Source of the DNA: Candidatus Moraniibacteriota bacterium
GTDB lineage: Bacteria; Patescibacteriota; Minisyncoccia; CAIUEV01; JAHKAQ01
DNA: 64,000 nt
Reading direction: 5' to 3'
NCBI GenBank assembly: GCA_014729795.1
Contig: WJJI01000014.1
Span: 757 to 64,756 of the forward strand
Shown piece after piece: positions 1 through 10,830 of this stretch. Each line of letters opens with the position of its first letter. Within the stretch, counting starts at the first letter, position 1. Position numbers and translations under genes: made by a program. Under the pieces are notes generated by a model, which worked only from the letters and a program-made list of their open reading frames with translations, was not told the origin of the DNA and ran no database searches.

Positions 1-820
1 ACTTATGCGCCACGACATCACCTTTCCTTTATATGTAGAAGTGGACCAAATATACAACCTGGCTTGTCCGGCCGCTCCCGTGCATTATCAATTTGACCCG
101 GTGCAAACCACCAAAACTTCAGTGCATGGCTCCATAAACATGTTAGGCCTGGCTAAAAGAACCCGAGCCAGAATTCTACAAGCCTCAACCTCGGAAATCT
201 ATGGGGATCCGGAGATTCACCCACAAAAAGAAAGCTACTTGGGTCGGGTAAATCCAATCGGACCTCGAGCCTGTTACGACGAAGGCAAGCGCTGCGCTGA
301 AACCCTTTTTTTTGATTATTATCGTCAATACCGAGTTGATATTCGAGTGGCTAGAATTTTTAACACGTATGGTCCGAACATGGACTTCAATGATGGCAGG
401 GTGGTTTCCAATTTTGTGACCAAAGCGCTACAGAATCAAGATTTAGAGATTTACGGAGATGGTTCCCAGACCAGGAGTTTTCAATATATTGACGATCTTA
501 TCAAGGGTCTTGTAAGCTTAATGGAAAACAAGCAAGACTTTATCGGCCCGGTTAACCTAGGCAATGATCAAGAGATAACCGTAAAGCAGCTAGCCGGCAA
601 GGTTTTAGAATTGGCGCCGGAAAGCCAAAGTCGGTTGGTTTATAAAGACCTACCTCAAGATGATCCGATTAGAAGAAAACCCGATATTAGCCTAGCCAAA
701 AACAAGCTCAACTGGCAACCCCAAATAGACCTTGAAACCGGTTTGCAAAAAACTATCAGTTATTTTAAAAACATATTAAAACATGAATCTAACCATAACC
801 CAAGCTTTACAAAAGCTTAA
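1..820 (+). CDS. UDP-glucuronate decarboxylase (UXS-like extended SDR), 5' end cut by the window edge
   Basis: Motifs [29 protein letters not shown] (YxxxK), [18 protein letters not shown]. The N-terminal GxxGxxG is missing, so the start lies upstream of the window. Confidence 0.9.
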   Translation, partial: LMRHDITFPLYVEVDQIYNLACPAAPVHYQFDPVQTTKTSVHGSINMLGLAKRTRARILQASTSEIYGDPEIHPQKESYLGRVNPIGPRACYDEGKRCAETLFFDYYRQYRVDIRVARIFNTYGPNMDFNDGRVVSNFVTKALQNQDLEIYGDGSQTRSFQYIDDLIKGLVSLMENKQDFIGPVNLGNDQEITVKQLAGKVLELAPESQSRLVYKDLPQDDPIRRKPDISLAKNKLNWQPQIDLETGLQKTISYFKNILKHESNHNPSFTKA

Positions 821-2270
821 AAAACAAGAATTGACATCAGTGGCGCTAACTCGCAAATGTTTGGCCCGGATTGAAAAATACGAAAAAGCCCCGTATAAAG
901 TTAATGCAATCATTACCGTAAACAAAGAACAGGCGCTTGAACAGGCTCGAAAAAGCGACCAAAAAAGGAAAAACAACCAGAAACTTGGAGAGCTGGAAGG
1001 CATTCCTATTGCCGTGAAAGACGTAATCGCCACTCGGGGCTTAAGAACCACGGCCGCGTCCAAAATTTTGGATAATTTTATCCCAACTTACGATGCCACT
1101 GTGGTTAAAAATTTAAAAAAACAAGGCGCTGTCATTATTGCTAAAACCAATTGTGATGAGTTTGCTCACGGCGCTAGCGGGGAAAACTCTGCTTACGGGC
1201 CAACCAAAAATCCTTATGACCTGGAACGAGTCGCGGGCGGTAGCTCTTCGGGATCGGGCGCGATCGTGGTTTACGGTGGCGCTCTGGGCGCCGTGGGAAC
1301 CGATACCGGCGGCTCGGTCCGAGCTCCGGCCAGCTTCATGAATCTTGTCGGCGTTAAACCAAATTACGGTCGTACCTCCAGATACGGATTGCTAGCCATG
1401 AGTTCTTCAACCGACGTGGTTTCTCCTATTGCTCAAAACTGTTCGGACGCAGCTTTAATGCTTAAAGCCATGAGCGCCAAAGATCCCAAAGACTCAACCT
1501 CAGCCGGATTTGCCGGCAAAAGTTTTGATCGAGAATTTAACAAACCGCTGAAAAATTATAAATTCGCCTATCCAAAACAAGTTTATCAAAAAGGTCTTGA
1601 TCCCGAGATAAAAACTATTTTTATGCAAGGCTTAGAGCTTTTAAAATCACAAGGCGCTCAAATCCAGGAAATCGATATTCAAACCTTTGGCGAGCCGGCC
1701 GTGGCTGCCTATTATATTTTAGTTCCAAGCGAGATTAGCTCCAACCTAGCTCGCTACGATGGTATTAAATACGGCATGACCGCGAAACAAGCAAAAAATC
1801 TGGAACAGGTTTACACTCAAAGTCGCAGTCAATACCTTGGCCAAGAAACCAAACGCCGGGTCATGCTGGGCAATTTTGCCTTAAGTGCCGGTTATTATGA
1901 TGCCTATTACAAAAAAGCTCAGCAGGTTAGAGCTAAAATTAAACATAATGCCGGTAAAATATTTGCCAAATACGACCTTATTTTAACCCCAACCATGGCC
2001 TCAGCCGCTTTTAAAATGGGCGCTAAAAACGATCCGCTGAGCATGTATTTAGCCGATGTTTATGTGAATTACGCCAGCTTAGCCGGATTACCGGCTCTTT
2101 CCATTAATGCTGGTTGGCTAAAAAACAACCCCAAACAAGCCATTGTTGATCAAAAAGCTTTACCGGTCGGACTACAAATGGTAAGTAATTGGTGGGATGA
2201 GGAAAACTTATTGGGCGCGGCTTATCAATTTGAAAAGCTTATCGCGCTTCAGCAAACAGTTGCTCGCTAA
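783..2270 (+). CDS. gatA: Asp/Glu-tRNA amidotransferase subunit A
   Basis: Amidase signature GGSSSGS and [12 protein letters not shown], plus [13 protein letters not shown] and [16 protein letters not shown]. Confidence 0.95.
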   Translation: MNLTITQALQKLKKQELTSVALTRKCLARIEKYEKAPYKVNAIITVNKEQALEQARKSDQKRKNNQKLGELEGIPIAVKDVIATRGLRTTAASKILDNFIPTYDATVVKNLKKQGAVIIAKTNCDEFAHGASGENSAYGPTKNPYDLERVAGGSSSGSGAIVVYGGALGAVGTDTGGSVRAPASFMNLVGVKPNYGRTSRYGLLAMSSSTDVVSPIAQNCSDAALMLKAMSAKDPKDSTSAGFAGKSFDREFNKPLKNYKFAYPKQVYQKGLDPEIKTIFMQGLELLKSQGAQIQEIDIQTFGEPAVAAYYILVPSEISSNLARYDGIKYGMTAKQAKNLEQVYTQSRSQYLGQETKRRVMLGNFALSAGYYDAYYKKAQQVRAKIKHNAGKIFAKYDLILTPTMASAAFKMGAKNDPLSMYLADVYVNYASLAGLPALSINAGWLKNNPKQAIVDQKALPVGLQMVSNWWDEENLLGAAYQFEKLIALQQTVAR

Positions 2271-2310
2271 AATTTAAACTTTAAGATCAGCGGAGCTGCT
2301 CTTATTTGGC

Positions 2311-2339
2311 TTTACTAAAATCCGGGTTTTTGTTATAAT
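2311..2339 (+). promoter_or_regulatory. sigma70-type promoter upstream of the carboxypeptidase-mraY operon
   Basis: TTTACT, 17 bp spacer, TATAAT, with an extended -10 TG. Confidence 0.6.
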
Positions 2340-2490
2340 TTTAAGACAATCAAGGCTAATTTAGCCTACCGCATTAATATGGATTACTAAGTGAATAAAT
2401 CCTAGATTAAGTTATAGATCAATGATTCATCCAAGCAAAATAATCATTTGGCTAATAAAGCCGGTTTTAAAATAACTAAACAAAAAAACA

Positions 2491-3453
2491 ATGCTTATTT
2501 TAATTTTGGTAATTCTTTTATTTCTGGGCAATCAGCCGGAAAAACCGGCGCAAAATCAGGAGTTAGGCGGAGGGCCTATTCAGGAGCAAGCTTCTTTGCA
2601 AGAGATCGTCCAAGAAGAACAAACCCTTGAATTGCCTAAATTTGAAAAAACCCCTCAATTGGTTGAAAATCCCCAAGCCGATCCGGTTTTGCCTTTTACC
2701 CACGCGGCTCTCGTTATGGAAGCAGATTCGGGCAAAATTTTGTTTAGCAAAAACGAAACCCGGAAAATGCCTATTGCTAGTTTAACCAAAATCATGACCG
2801 CTATTGTGGTTGCTGAAAATGTTCAAGACTGGAAAGCCGATGTTAACATTAGTAAAAAAGCCGCCTTTGCCGGCGGCGCCGCGGTGCGGTTAAAATGGGA
2901 TGAATACGTGGACGCCGATCAATTATTCAAAGCCATGCTTATGAATTCGGACAATGGCGCCGCCATCGCTCTGGCCGAACACGTGACCGGCTCCACCGAG
3001 GAATTCGCCAAGTTAATGAATCAACGGGCTAAAGAGTTGGGCGCTAACGATACTTTATTTACCGAACCTTCTGGTTTAGAGGATCAAAGAGCCTATTCAA
3101 CCGCTTATGATATCGCTTTAATTGCCAGAGAGGCTATCAAAAATCCCTTAATTACTCAACCCATGTTGATTAAAGGTCCGGTACAAATAAATTCTTGTGA
3201 CGGAGCCATTACTCATCGGGTTGGCAACACTAATTTATTTGTCAAAGACGAGGAATTCCTACGGCTTGCTCATCGAGTCGTTGGCGGCAAAACCGGCTTT
3301 ACATACGAAGCCGGATACTGTTTAATGGAAGCCATGGAAGATCAAGCCGGTCAACGAAAAGCCATCGGCATCATCTTAAACAGCGACAAAACCATGCGTT
3401 GGTACGAAATGGAGGAGATGATTGAATGGAGTTTTAACAACTACGAATGGTAA
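2491..3453 (+). CDS. D-alanyl-D-alanine carboxypeptidase (peptidase S11)
   Basis: SxxK (ASLTKIM), SxN (SDN) and KTG (GGKTGFT) motifs; N-terminal anchor. Confidence 0.9.
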   Translation: MLILILVILLFLGNQPEKPAQNQELGGGPIQEQASLQEIVQEEQTLELPKFEKTPQLVENPQADPVLPFTHAALVMEADSGKILFSKNETRKMPIASLTKIMTAIVVAENVQDWKADVNISKKAAFAGGAAVRLKWDEYVDADQLFKAMLMNSDNGAAIALAEHVTGSTEEFAKLMNQRAKELGANDTLFTEPSGLEDQRAYSTAYDIALIAREAIKNPLITQPMLIKGPVQINSCDGAITHRVGNTNLFVKDEEFLRLAHRVVGGKTGFTYEAGYCLMEAMEDQAGQRKAIGIILNSDKTMRWYEMEEMIEWSFNNYEW

Positions 3454-3472
3454 TCGGTTAATCTCTTTGACC

Positions 3473-4555
3473 ATGCAATTTGCTCAAATTTTTACAGTTC
3501 CCCTGTACGTGGATATTTTCAAAGTGCTTTTACTGGGCTTAATCGCTTTTTTGACCGCGCTTTTATGGACTCCTTTCTTGGCCGATTTCCTCTACAAGCA
3601 TTTTAAAACCAAAACCAAAACCCAAACCATCAGTGGCGAAAAGGCGCCGATTACCAAATCCTTAACCAAAGGCAAAGAAGGCACGCCGCTTATGGGCGGA
3701 TTGTTAGTGTGGGTAACCGCTCTTTTTCTGGGTTTGTTAATCTTAGGCTTAGCCAAGCTTTTTCCTCAAAGTTTTTTAAACGAACTCACCTTTTTTTCTC
3801 GCTCTCAAACCTGGCTGCCTTTTTTTGCTTTAACAGCAACCGGCATAATTGGTTTATTCGATGACTACTATTCAACCAGAGGCTTAGGCCGGAACAAGGG
3901 CGGGGGCATTAGTTTTAAATTCCGCTTGGCTTGGCTTTTTGTCATCGCGTTAGCCGGTGGACTATGGTTTCATTTTAAGCTAGACTATACCGACATTCAC
4001 ATCCCTGGCTTTGGCGATCTGGAAGTTGGTTTTTTATACATTTTGTATTTTATTTTGGTAATCGTGGCCACGGCTTTTTCTTCCAACGAAACTGATGGCC
4101 TGGATGGTTTAAACGGAGGGGTTTTATTGTTTGCCTTTGGCGCCATGAGCGTAATAGCTTTTTTTACCCAAAGAATTGATTTAGCCGCTTTTTGCTCGGT
4201 TTTATGCGGCGGTCTGTTGGCTTTTTTGTGGTTTAATATTCCGCCGGCTCGTTTTTTTATGGGCGACACCGGCGCTTTTTCCCTGGGAACCACCTTGGGA
4301 GTGGTAGCAATGCTTACCAACGCATCCTTGGTTTTACCTATCATTGCTTTTATTTACGTTGTTGAATCTGCTTCGGTTTTAATTCAAATGGCCTCTAAAA
4401 AGTGGCGCGGTAAAAAAGTTTTCTTAGCCGCCCCTATTCATTATCACTTTCGAGCCAAGGGCTGGAGCGAAGCCAAAGTGGTTATGCGTTTTTGGATCGT
4501 CTCGGCCGTTATGAGCGTAATTGGTATTATTATCGGTATTTTTGGCAGCGGTTAA
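3473..4555 (+). CDS. mraY: phospho-N-acetylmuramoyl-pentapeptide transferase
   Basis: GTPLMGG, GLFDD, NETDGLDGL, FMGDTG, APIHYHF; multiple TM segments. Start moved to ATG 3473 to avoid overlapping the upstream gene. Confidence 0.93.
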   Translation: MQFAQIFTVPLYVDIFKVLLLGLIAFLTALLWTPFLADFLYKHFKTKTKTQTISGEKAPITKSLTKGKEGTPLMGGLLVWVTALFLGLLILGLAKLFPQSFLNELTFFSRSQTWLPFFALTATGIIGLFDDYYSTRGLGRNKGGGISFKFRLAWLFVIALAGGLWFHFKLDYTDIHIPGFGDLEVGFLYILYFILVIVATAFSSNETDGLDGLNGGVLLFAFGAMSVIAFFTQRIDLAAFCSVLCGGLLAFLWFNIPPARFFMGDTGAFSLGTTLGVVAMLTNASLVLPIIAFIYVVESASVLIQMASKKWRGKKVFLAAPIHYHFRAKGWSEAKVVMRFWIVSAVMSVIGIIIGIFGSG

Positions 4556-4577
4556 GTCTTAATAATTTATTTTTAGC

Positions 4578-5171
4578 ATGGAATTAAAAATTCTGATCAA
4601 GGTAATTAAAAAAAATCGCAAAAAAACCTTGATCATAGCGAGTTTGATCACAATAATCGCGACTGTTGGGTATCTGATTCGACCCAAGCAATATCAAGCC
4701 ATGTTCGCTGTAACGGTGTTGCAAAAAGGGAGCGATCAAAGTTCGGACTATCAATTTGACAACTATTATTCTCAAGAAGCTATTGATACGTTTACCGATT
4801 CTTTAGAACAATGGCCCGGTAATCCCGGGTTAATCCAGACGGTTTACAAAAAAGCCGGGATTAATATAAATAATCAAGATCCTTCAAAATTAATAAAAGC
4901 CAGGAAGCTGGGCCCAGACTATCTGGAATTCCGCTTTAAGGCAAAAAGCCCCAAAAACGCTCAAGCCATAGCAAAATCATTAACCGAACAGCTCGCTTCA
5001 GAGCTAGAAAAAAGAAAAACCAACAAAAAAGTTTGGTTTTCCTTGGATGCCGGCGAACCTTATATAGAAGAAGCCCAACTCCCCATAGTAATTTTTATTC
5101 CCATTGCTGCGTTAACCGGTTTATTATTAGGCGCGACCTGGTCTATGCTTGTGTTTTATTGGCAGGACTAA
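4578..5171 (+). CDS. Wzz/YveK-like polysaccharide chain-length regulator
   Basis: N- and C-terminal TM helices around a soluble domain; PKQYQA pattern after TM1; lies next to a glycosyltransferase. Confidence 0.65.
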   Translation: MELKILIKVIKKNRKKTLIIASLITIIATVGYLIRPKQYQAMFAVTVLQKGSDQSSDYQFDNYYSQEAIDTFTDSLEQWPGNPGLIQTVYKKAGININNQDPSKLIKARKLGPDYLEFRFKAKSPKNAQAIAKSLTEQLASELEKRKTNKKVWFSLDAGEPYIEEAQLPIVIFIPIAALTGLLLGATWSMLVFYWQD

Positions 5172-5274
5172 AGACATTGGTTTTTTATCGTTCAGCTAAT
5201 ACCGACCAGTTTTTCGTTTGCCTTACCAAAGAAATAATGATAAATTTTTTATTTTGTAATCCATAGTAATATTT

Positions 5275-6456
5275 ATGAGAATCGGCATTGATGCTCGGCT
5301 TTTGGATGCCAAGCTGCACAGCGGGGTAGAGGAGTATACAATTAATCTTTTAGAGTCAATCTTTAAACAGGATCGAGCAAACACGTATATCTTATTTTAT
5401 AATGCCTTTAACAAAGAGTTACCTGATTTTATCACGGCAATGGAAAAATACCCCAATGTGTTTGTAAGAAGGTTATTTTGGCCTAATAAAATTTTAAACT
5501 TTCTTTTGTTTCTGTTTAAATATCCTAAAATCGATAGACTTTTAGATGTTCCGGTTTTGTTTACTCCCAATCTTAACTTTACAGCGTGGAGCCGCGCTTG
5601 CAAGCACTTGCTTACAATTCATGATTTTTCCTTTAAGATTTTTCCTGAATTTTTTGATTTAAAACGCAAAATTTGGCATTGGTTGGTCGCTCCCAAAAAA
5701 TTAATCGAAAAAAGCGATTTGATTTTTACGGTTTCCAAAACCGGCCAACGCGACATTTTAAATTTTTTTACCAAAACCAGGCAAAAAGTATTAAAAAGCA
5801 AATTTCGAATTCTTTATCCAATTGTAGATCAGCAGCTCAAACCGGTTCAAAAACCAGGCAAACTAAAACGCGTTTTAGCCAAATATCAACTTAACCCCGG
5901 TTATTTATTGGTCTTAGGCACCTTTGAACCCCGAAAAAACCTCGGCGCTTTAATTACAGCTTACGCTTACTTGAGAAAAAAGGGACACACCCATACTAAA
6001 TTGGTAATCACCGGTAAACAAGGCTGGTTATTTAAAAAAACCCTGGATCTTATCCGGGCTTCTAAATTTAGAAATAGCATAGTGTTTACTGGCCCTATCC
6101 ATCGACAAGACCGTTCCGCTATCTATTCTGGAGCAAAATTATTTATTTTTCCTTCAATCTACGAAGGTTTTGGTTATCCTCCGCTTGAGGCTATGGCTTG
6201 CTCCACCCCGGTTATTTCTTCCCAAGCAGGCTCCTTGCCCGAAATTCTTGGCAAAAGCGCGCTTTATTTTAACCCTTTTTTTAGCAGAGAGCTGGCTCAA
6301 GCAATTATTGTGCTGCAAAAAGAAAAAGCTTACGCCAAACTTCTAATCCAAGCAGGCAAAAAAAGAGTCGCAAAATTTCAAAATAATAAATCAGGGCGGA
6401 AATTTTTAAAATTCGTCAACCAAGCCATCAACAACAGGCCCGGTCATGCTGCCTGA
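5275..6456 (+). CDS. glycosyltransferase family 4
   Basis: MRIGIDAR start, GTFEPRKNL, FPSIYEGFGYPPLEAMACSTPVI. Confidence 0.92.
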   Translation: MRIGIDARLLDAKLHSGVEEYTINLLESIFKQDRANTYILFYNAFNKELPDFITAMEKYPNVFVRRLFWPNKILNFLLFLFKYPKIDRLLDVPVLFTPNLNFTAWSRACKHLLTIHDFSFKIFPEFFDLKRKIWHWLVAPKKLIEKSDLIFTVSKTGQRDILNFFTKTRQKVLKSKFRILYPIVDQQLKPVQKPGKLKRVLAKYQLNPGYLLVLGTFEPRKNLGALITAYAYLRKKGHTHTKLVITGKQGWLFKKTLDLIRASKFRNSIVFTGPIHRQDRSAIYSGAKLFIFPSIYEGFGYPPLEAMACSTPVISSQAGSLPEILGKSALYFNPFFSRELAQAIIVLQKEKAYAKLLIQAGKKRVAKFQNNKSGRKFLKFVNQAINNRPGHAA

Positions 6457-6464
6457 AATCCGTC

Positions 6465-6818
6465 TTAGTTTGCCTTTTTTAGCGTTACTTTGTATTGAGG
6501 CTCGTATTGAGTGTTGTTTTTATCTTTAACTTCGATATTTTTACCTTGCATTAAATTATTGATGGCCAAGTCGCTGATCATTTGTTCCATGTCTTTAATT
6601 TCCTGATTAAGCTGTTCTAGTTTTTCATAGCGCTTACCCATGTTTTGCTGAACCATGGCCTCAAATTGCTTTTTTTTGTCTCGCAAATCTTTAATTTGTT
6701 CTTCGATTTCCTGATATTCCTGCTCTTGTTTAAGGCTGTCGGTATACTCTCTCCTAATCTCCTTTTTTTCTTGCTTGAGCTCTTGTAATTCATTAAAAAC
6801 GTCCTGGATGTTTTGCAT
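6465..6818 (-). CDS. hypothetical coiled-coil protein
   Basis: Clean 117-aa ORF with E/K/Q-rich heptads, last gene of the minus-strand cluster. Confidence 0.7.
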   Translation of the reverse strand: MQNIQDVFNELQELKQEKKEIRREYTDSLKQEQEYQEIEEQIKDLRDKKKQFEAMVQQNMGKRYEKLEQLNQEIKDMEQMISDLAINNLMQGKNIEVKDKNNTQYEPQYKVTLKKAN

Positions 6819-6924
6819 AGTTTGTGATTAATAATAGAAAAATAGCGTAAAGCTTTAATAACTAGACCAAATCAATCTCAAAAAATTAAGCCGATTCGGT
6901 TTTTATCCAACGTGTTAAGATTTT

Positions 6925-7398
6925 TTATCTAAAAATCATTAAAATATTATCTAACAAATACTTAACAGCTAAATTAACCGTTACGGATGTTTTGGTTTCA
7001 GGCTTAGTTAACTCAACCAGTTCTTTATTGATTATTCGCAACAGCAAATAACCGGTCACCAAAATTATAATGCCAATTAAAGCAGAAAAAATCGTGGTTT
7101 TTGCCTCCCCGGTTTTTGAGGTGTTCCCCGCTGCTGTTAAATACTGAAACCCGCCAATCATAAACATGGCCAAACCCAAAACACCGGCCACATAAACTAC
7201 GAATTTATAGATCGCATTAATGTATTCAACCGGATCATCGATTTTATCTGTAGCGCCGCCCAAGCCAAATTCAAAAGGAACTTCCAATTTCCAACCGCTT
7301 GCTTTCGCTTGCTCGGGAGTCAAAGGAAAACAGAAAAATAGAATTATTGTTAAAAAAGACAAACAACCCCTAATTAATAAATTCAAGCTCCGTTTCAT
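6925..7398 (-). CDS. VirB2/TrbC-like pilin
   Basis: Signal peptide (AKA), then two TM helices separated by GGFQYLTAAGNTSKTGEAKTTI; adjacent to VirB4. Confidence 0.8.
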   Translation of the reverse strand: MKRSLNLLIRGCLSFLTIILFFCFPLTPEQAKASGWKLEVPFEFGLGGATDKIDDPVEYINAIYKFVVYVAGVLGLAMFMIGGFQYLTAAGNTSKTGEAKTTIFSALIGIIILVTGYLLLRIINKELVELTKPETKTSVTVNLAVKYLLDNILMIFR

Positions 7399-7404
7399 GT
7401 TTTC

Positions 7405-9231
7405 TTATTTATAGTTTCTTTGTTCGCGCATTTCTTCTTTGGCTTTGGCAATTTCAATCAGCTGCTCGGGGTTAGAAGTGATAATTTGGTCTTCGGTATA
7501 AGATGCCACCACCTTAATAGCCGCGTGTTTTAAGCCGGCGAAGAAAATTCCTTCCCCAACGCTGCTTTCCAGCAAAAGAAACTTTTCCTGATCGGTTAAA
7601 TAAAAAGTTTCTGAAATAATATCAATCGAGGAAGGGGATTGCTTCAAGAGTAACTGTAAAGATGAATTAGAAATAATCGGTTTGCCGTAGCGGGAATTTA
7701 TAAAATCGCTAACATCCTGAGTAATCGTAGTAAGTCCAGTATAATATTTTCTACACCTTTTCGCAATCTGAAACATAAAATTTCCCGCATCTTCATGCAC
7801 CATCATGATCCAAGCCTCATCTACTACCAGCAATCTTTTTTTTAGTTCGCTTCTGATTTCATTCCAAATATATTGCAAAATTAAATACATTGCCACGGGT
7901 CTCAAGATTTCTTCCATGTCACGAATATTAAACACTATTAACTGATTATTTAAACGCACGTTGGTTTTTTTGTTTAAAAAACCGGCAAAAGTGCCCTGAG
8001 TGTATTTTTCCAAACGGATAGCCAGGTCTTCTCCACCGCTCATATTGCGCAACACATCATACAAAATCGATAAAGTGGGCGGATCCTTAATCGCGTTTTC
8101 AAAATTGGCGGAATCCGGGTAAATATCTTTAACCGCGTAAGCTTCGTGAATTGCTTTGTCTAAAATCGAATCTTCTTCAGGCGTGATATTACCCAAGACG
8201 ATTTTCATTAAACCCAAAATATTTGCGACATTGCCTCTTAAAACCTCTTCCGGATCGTCTCCCGGATCAAGTTTAGGCAGGTCGAACGGGTTGATATTGT
8301 TTGCCGAGTTCAGTGAAATTTTTACAAAAGTACCGCCCACGGCATCGCACAAGTGCTTATATTCGTTTTCCGGATCAATAACAATTACTTGGATGCCAAA
8401 CATCATGGAACGCAGAACTTCCAATTTGCAAGCATAAGACTTCCCTGAACCCGATTTAGCAAAAACCACCATGTTGGCGTTTTCCATTTTAAATCGATCA
8501 AAAAGAATTAAACTGTTGTTGTGTCTGTTTATTCCGTAAAGAATGCCTTCGCTGGAGCTTAAATTAGAAGAGACAAACGGAAAAGAGGTGGAAAGCGGCG
8601 ATGTGTTTAAGTTGGTAGACGCGTCAATCTCATCATTGGCCAATGGCAAGTTGGAGGCAAAAGCTTGCTCCATCCGAAAAGCCGCTGGTTTTAAATAGAT
8701 GAGCCGCGATTCCATCAAAGCTTCAATGTTGGATTCCAGCTCGTCAATTTCTTGACGGCTTGCCCCGTAAATAGTCAAATAAACCCCAAAACGGAAAAAT
8801 CTTTCCGTGCCCTGTTGTAATCGATCCCGCAATGCTTCAATGTCCTGGATTGAGGTTTCTAACAAAGGATCTCTGATCTTACCGGCTTGAGTCTCTAAAG
8901 ACATTCTTGATTGCACTTGAGTCGCGGTTTTACGAAGCGCTTTCATAATAACATGAGTTTCAATCGGATGAATAAACATGGTGATATCCATCATTTTATC
9001 CATATTTATAATTGGAGTGAGCCAGCCCGTTTGCAGGTAACGAGGAAAGGTCACCACGAAAAGGGTTTTAACGTATCGATCCCCAACCCTTAAAAAAGTG
9101 GGCGAAACCGTGAAAGAGGCCGGCGCGATTAAATCTTTGACCGTGGCCAGGCCTTTTTGGTAAAGTTGATCAGCTGTCATCTGTTTAGGGTCTTGCTTTT
9201 TTTTCTTTTTACTTTTGAAAATCGGCAACAT
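7405..9231 (-). CDS. VirB4/TraC-like type IV secretion ATPase
   Basis: Walker A AKSGSGKS, VIDPENEY, INPFD, Walker B LLVVDEAW, RCRKY, ITQDVSDF. Confidence 0.9.
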   Translation of the reverse strand: MLPIFKSKKKKKQDPKQMTADQLYQKGLATVKDLIAPASFTVSPTFLRVGDRYVKTLFVVTFPRYLQTGWLTPIINMDKMMDITMFIHPIETHVIMKALRKTATQVQSRMSLETQAGKIRDPLLETSIQDIEALRDRLQQGTERFFRFGVYLTIYGASRQEIDELESNIEALMESRLIYLKPAAFRMEQAFASNLPLANDEIDASTNLNTSPLSTSFPFVSSNLSSSEGILYGINRHNNSLILFDRFKMENANMVVFAKSGSGKSYACKLEVLRSMMFGIQVIVIDPENEYKHLCDAVGGTFVKISLNSANNINPFDLPKLDPGDDPEEVLRGNVANILGLMKIVLGNITPEEDSILDKAIHEAYAVKDIYPDSANFENAIKDPPTLSILYDVLRNMSGGEDLAIRLEKYTQGTFAGFLNKKTNVRLNNQLIVFNIRDMEEILRPVAMYLILQYIWNEIRSELKKRLLVVDEAWIMMVHEDAGNFMFQIAKRCRKYYTGLTTITQDVSDFINSRYGKPIISNSSLQLLLKQSPSSIDIISETFYLTDQEKFLLLESSVGEGIFFAGLKHAAIKVVASYTEDQIITSNPEQLIEIAKAKEEMREQRNYK

Positions 9232-9241
9232 GCTTTTTTAT

Positions 9242-9952
9242 TTATCCATATAAAGAGGTATTAACCGCTAATGATTCGACCGGAGCCATGCCCGTTCTTT
9301 CCACCGGATCTGGATTATAAAGAGAATAATACAACTCGATTAATTCCTGGGTGTTAAGGGGAATCATGCGCACGCCCGCACCGTTTAAACCGTATTGAAC
9401 ATGCTGGGCTCGTTGATAAATTTGTTCTTTGTAAACTTCAAAATTTTTCTTGGCTTGCTTTTGAACCGCTTGTCTGGGGCTTATAATCGCGTAAATTTTT
9501 TCAGTAATCGTGCTTTTTTGATTTTCGCTTGGAGAAAAAGGCACCACAATGTAAAAGTTCTTATTCACAATATCGCTCATAGTGCTAATATTGGTGATGT
9601 ATTTAATATAGTCTTGCATTTGCAATCGCAGTAATTCGTTAGGCTGTTCACGCGATAAGGTTTTTAAACTATTAACATAATTTGTTAAATTGACTTTTCG
9701 AGAACTGATGAAAATTTGAACCGGAAAATCAAGCGAATTAAGAAAATTTTGATAATAAGCCACAATCGCGTCTTGCTCTTCGCTTGATTTAAGATCAAAA
9801 TTAATCGAGGAAACCATCAAAACCATTCGCATACTGCCGTTTTTTAAGATCACTACCCCGTCTTTGATTTCTTCAATATCTAAAAATTGCTGGGTGCTTG
9901 CAGCTTTATTTTTCTGCTTAATAAGTTTTTTAGAATGAAGACTTTCCGGCAT
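9242..9952 (-). CDS. VirB4-associated protein (TraC/VirB4 N-terminal-like)
   Basis: STQQFLDIEEIKDG, SINFDLKSSEEQ, FLNSLDFPVQI, ELIELYYSLYNP; sits between PrgI and VirB4. Confidence 0.7.
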   Translation of the reverse strand: MPESLHSKKLIKQKNKAASTQQFLDIEEIKDGVVILKNGSMRMVLMVSSINFDLKSSEEQDAIVAYYQNFLNSLDFPVQIFISSRKVNLTNYVNSLKTLSREQPNELLRLQMQDYIKYITNISTMSDIVNKNFYIVVPFSPSENQKSTITEKIYAIISPRQAVQKQAKKNFEVYKEQIYQRAQHVQYGLNGAGVRMIPLNTQELIELYYSLYNPDPVERTGMAPVESLAVNTSLYG

Positions 9953-9976
9953 TTGTGTTTGTGTTTATTTTAGCAA

Positions 9977-10669
9977 TTAAACCAAAGCGCTAAAATCTAT
10001 ATTTTGATTGGTATTATAGCTTTTATTGGCAATTTGTTGGGGATCGGACCCGGGTTTTTTATTGGGATTGGCTGGTTGAGCGGCGTTTGGGGCGTTTGGC
10101 TGGGGTGATTGTTTCTGGCCGACTTGGTTTTTTTTGTTGGATGTTGGTTGCGCGACAACGCCTCTTATTAAAGGAGCATCAATCGACTGGCGTTGGTTGA
10201 AATCTTTAGGCAGATTGCTTTGCACCGGCCGGGTTTGTTTAACGGAAGTAAGCGGATTAGCTGGAAATCCTTGCTTTCCATTCGTGTCTAGCACCCGGGA
10301 AAGCCGCCTTACCTGATCCTCCGGAAATTGTTTTTTTACCAGCACCATCTCTTTTTTTTCTTTCTTGGGCTGATGTTTTTTAAATTGACTCTTGCCTCGT
10401 TTCCAAACATAGGTTCTGTTTTTTGTTAAATAGAGACCTAAATTGGCTAAAAAAACAATCATCGGTTGTCCATAAGGTCTGACAAAAGCAAGAATCGCCG
10501 ACAATCCAAGCACAATCACCGCGATAGCGACAAACAAAGCCATCTCTACAAATTGATAAACCACAAACAATATTCCGCAACCGCCCAATATCCAAAGAAA
10601 CTGCTTCCATGTTAGTGGCCCGACAATAGTATCCTCGATATCGACATTTTGGGGAACTTTAAAACGCAT
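9977..10669 (-). CDS. PrgI family protein (VirB3-like)
   Basis: MRFKVPQNVDIEDTIVGPLTWKQF followed by two TM helices and a low-complexity tail. Confidence 0.85.
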   Translation of the reverse strand: MRFKVPQNVDIEDTIVGPLTWKQFLWILGGCGILFVVYQFVEMALFVAIAVIVLGLSAILAFVRPYGQPMIVFLANLGLYLTKNRTYVWKRGKSQFKKHQPKKEKKEMVLVKKQFPEDQVRRLSRVLDTNGKQGFPANPLTSVKQTRPVQSNLPKDFNQRQSIDAPLIRGVVAQPTSNKKNQVGQKQSPQPNAPNAAQPANPNKKPGSDPQQIANKSYNTNQNIDFSALV

Positions 10670-10800
10670 AGATTATCATTAGTTTAAATTACGAAATTCA
10701 AGGTTTTTCCTTTAAAACCCTGCCAAAAATGGAAACGTCCTTAGTCGCAAACCCTGTATCCTAATATCATAACCTTAAATTTAAACACTTAAGCTCTTAT

Positions 10801-10828
10801 ATTGTAACCGATAAACAAGAACTTTCAA
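10801..10828 (-). promoter_or_regulatory. putative sigma70 promoter for prgI-virB4-pilin
   Basis: Minus strand TTGAAA, 16 bp spacer, TACAAT. Confidence 0.45.
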
Positions 10829-10830
10829 AA

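Noticed and set aside
2448-2630. 60-aa ORF as a frameshifted N-terminus of the carboxypeptidase
   Set aside because: The ATG 2491 frame already begins with a hydrophobic anchor, so no frameshift is needed.
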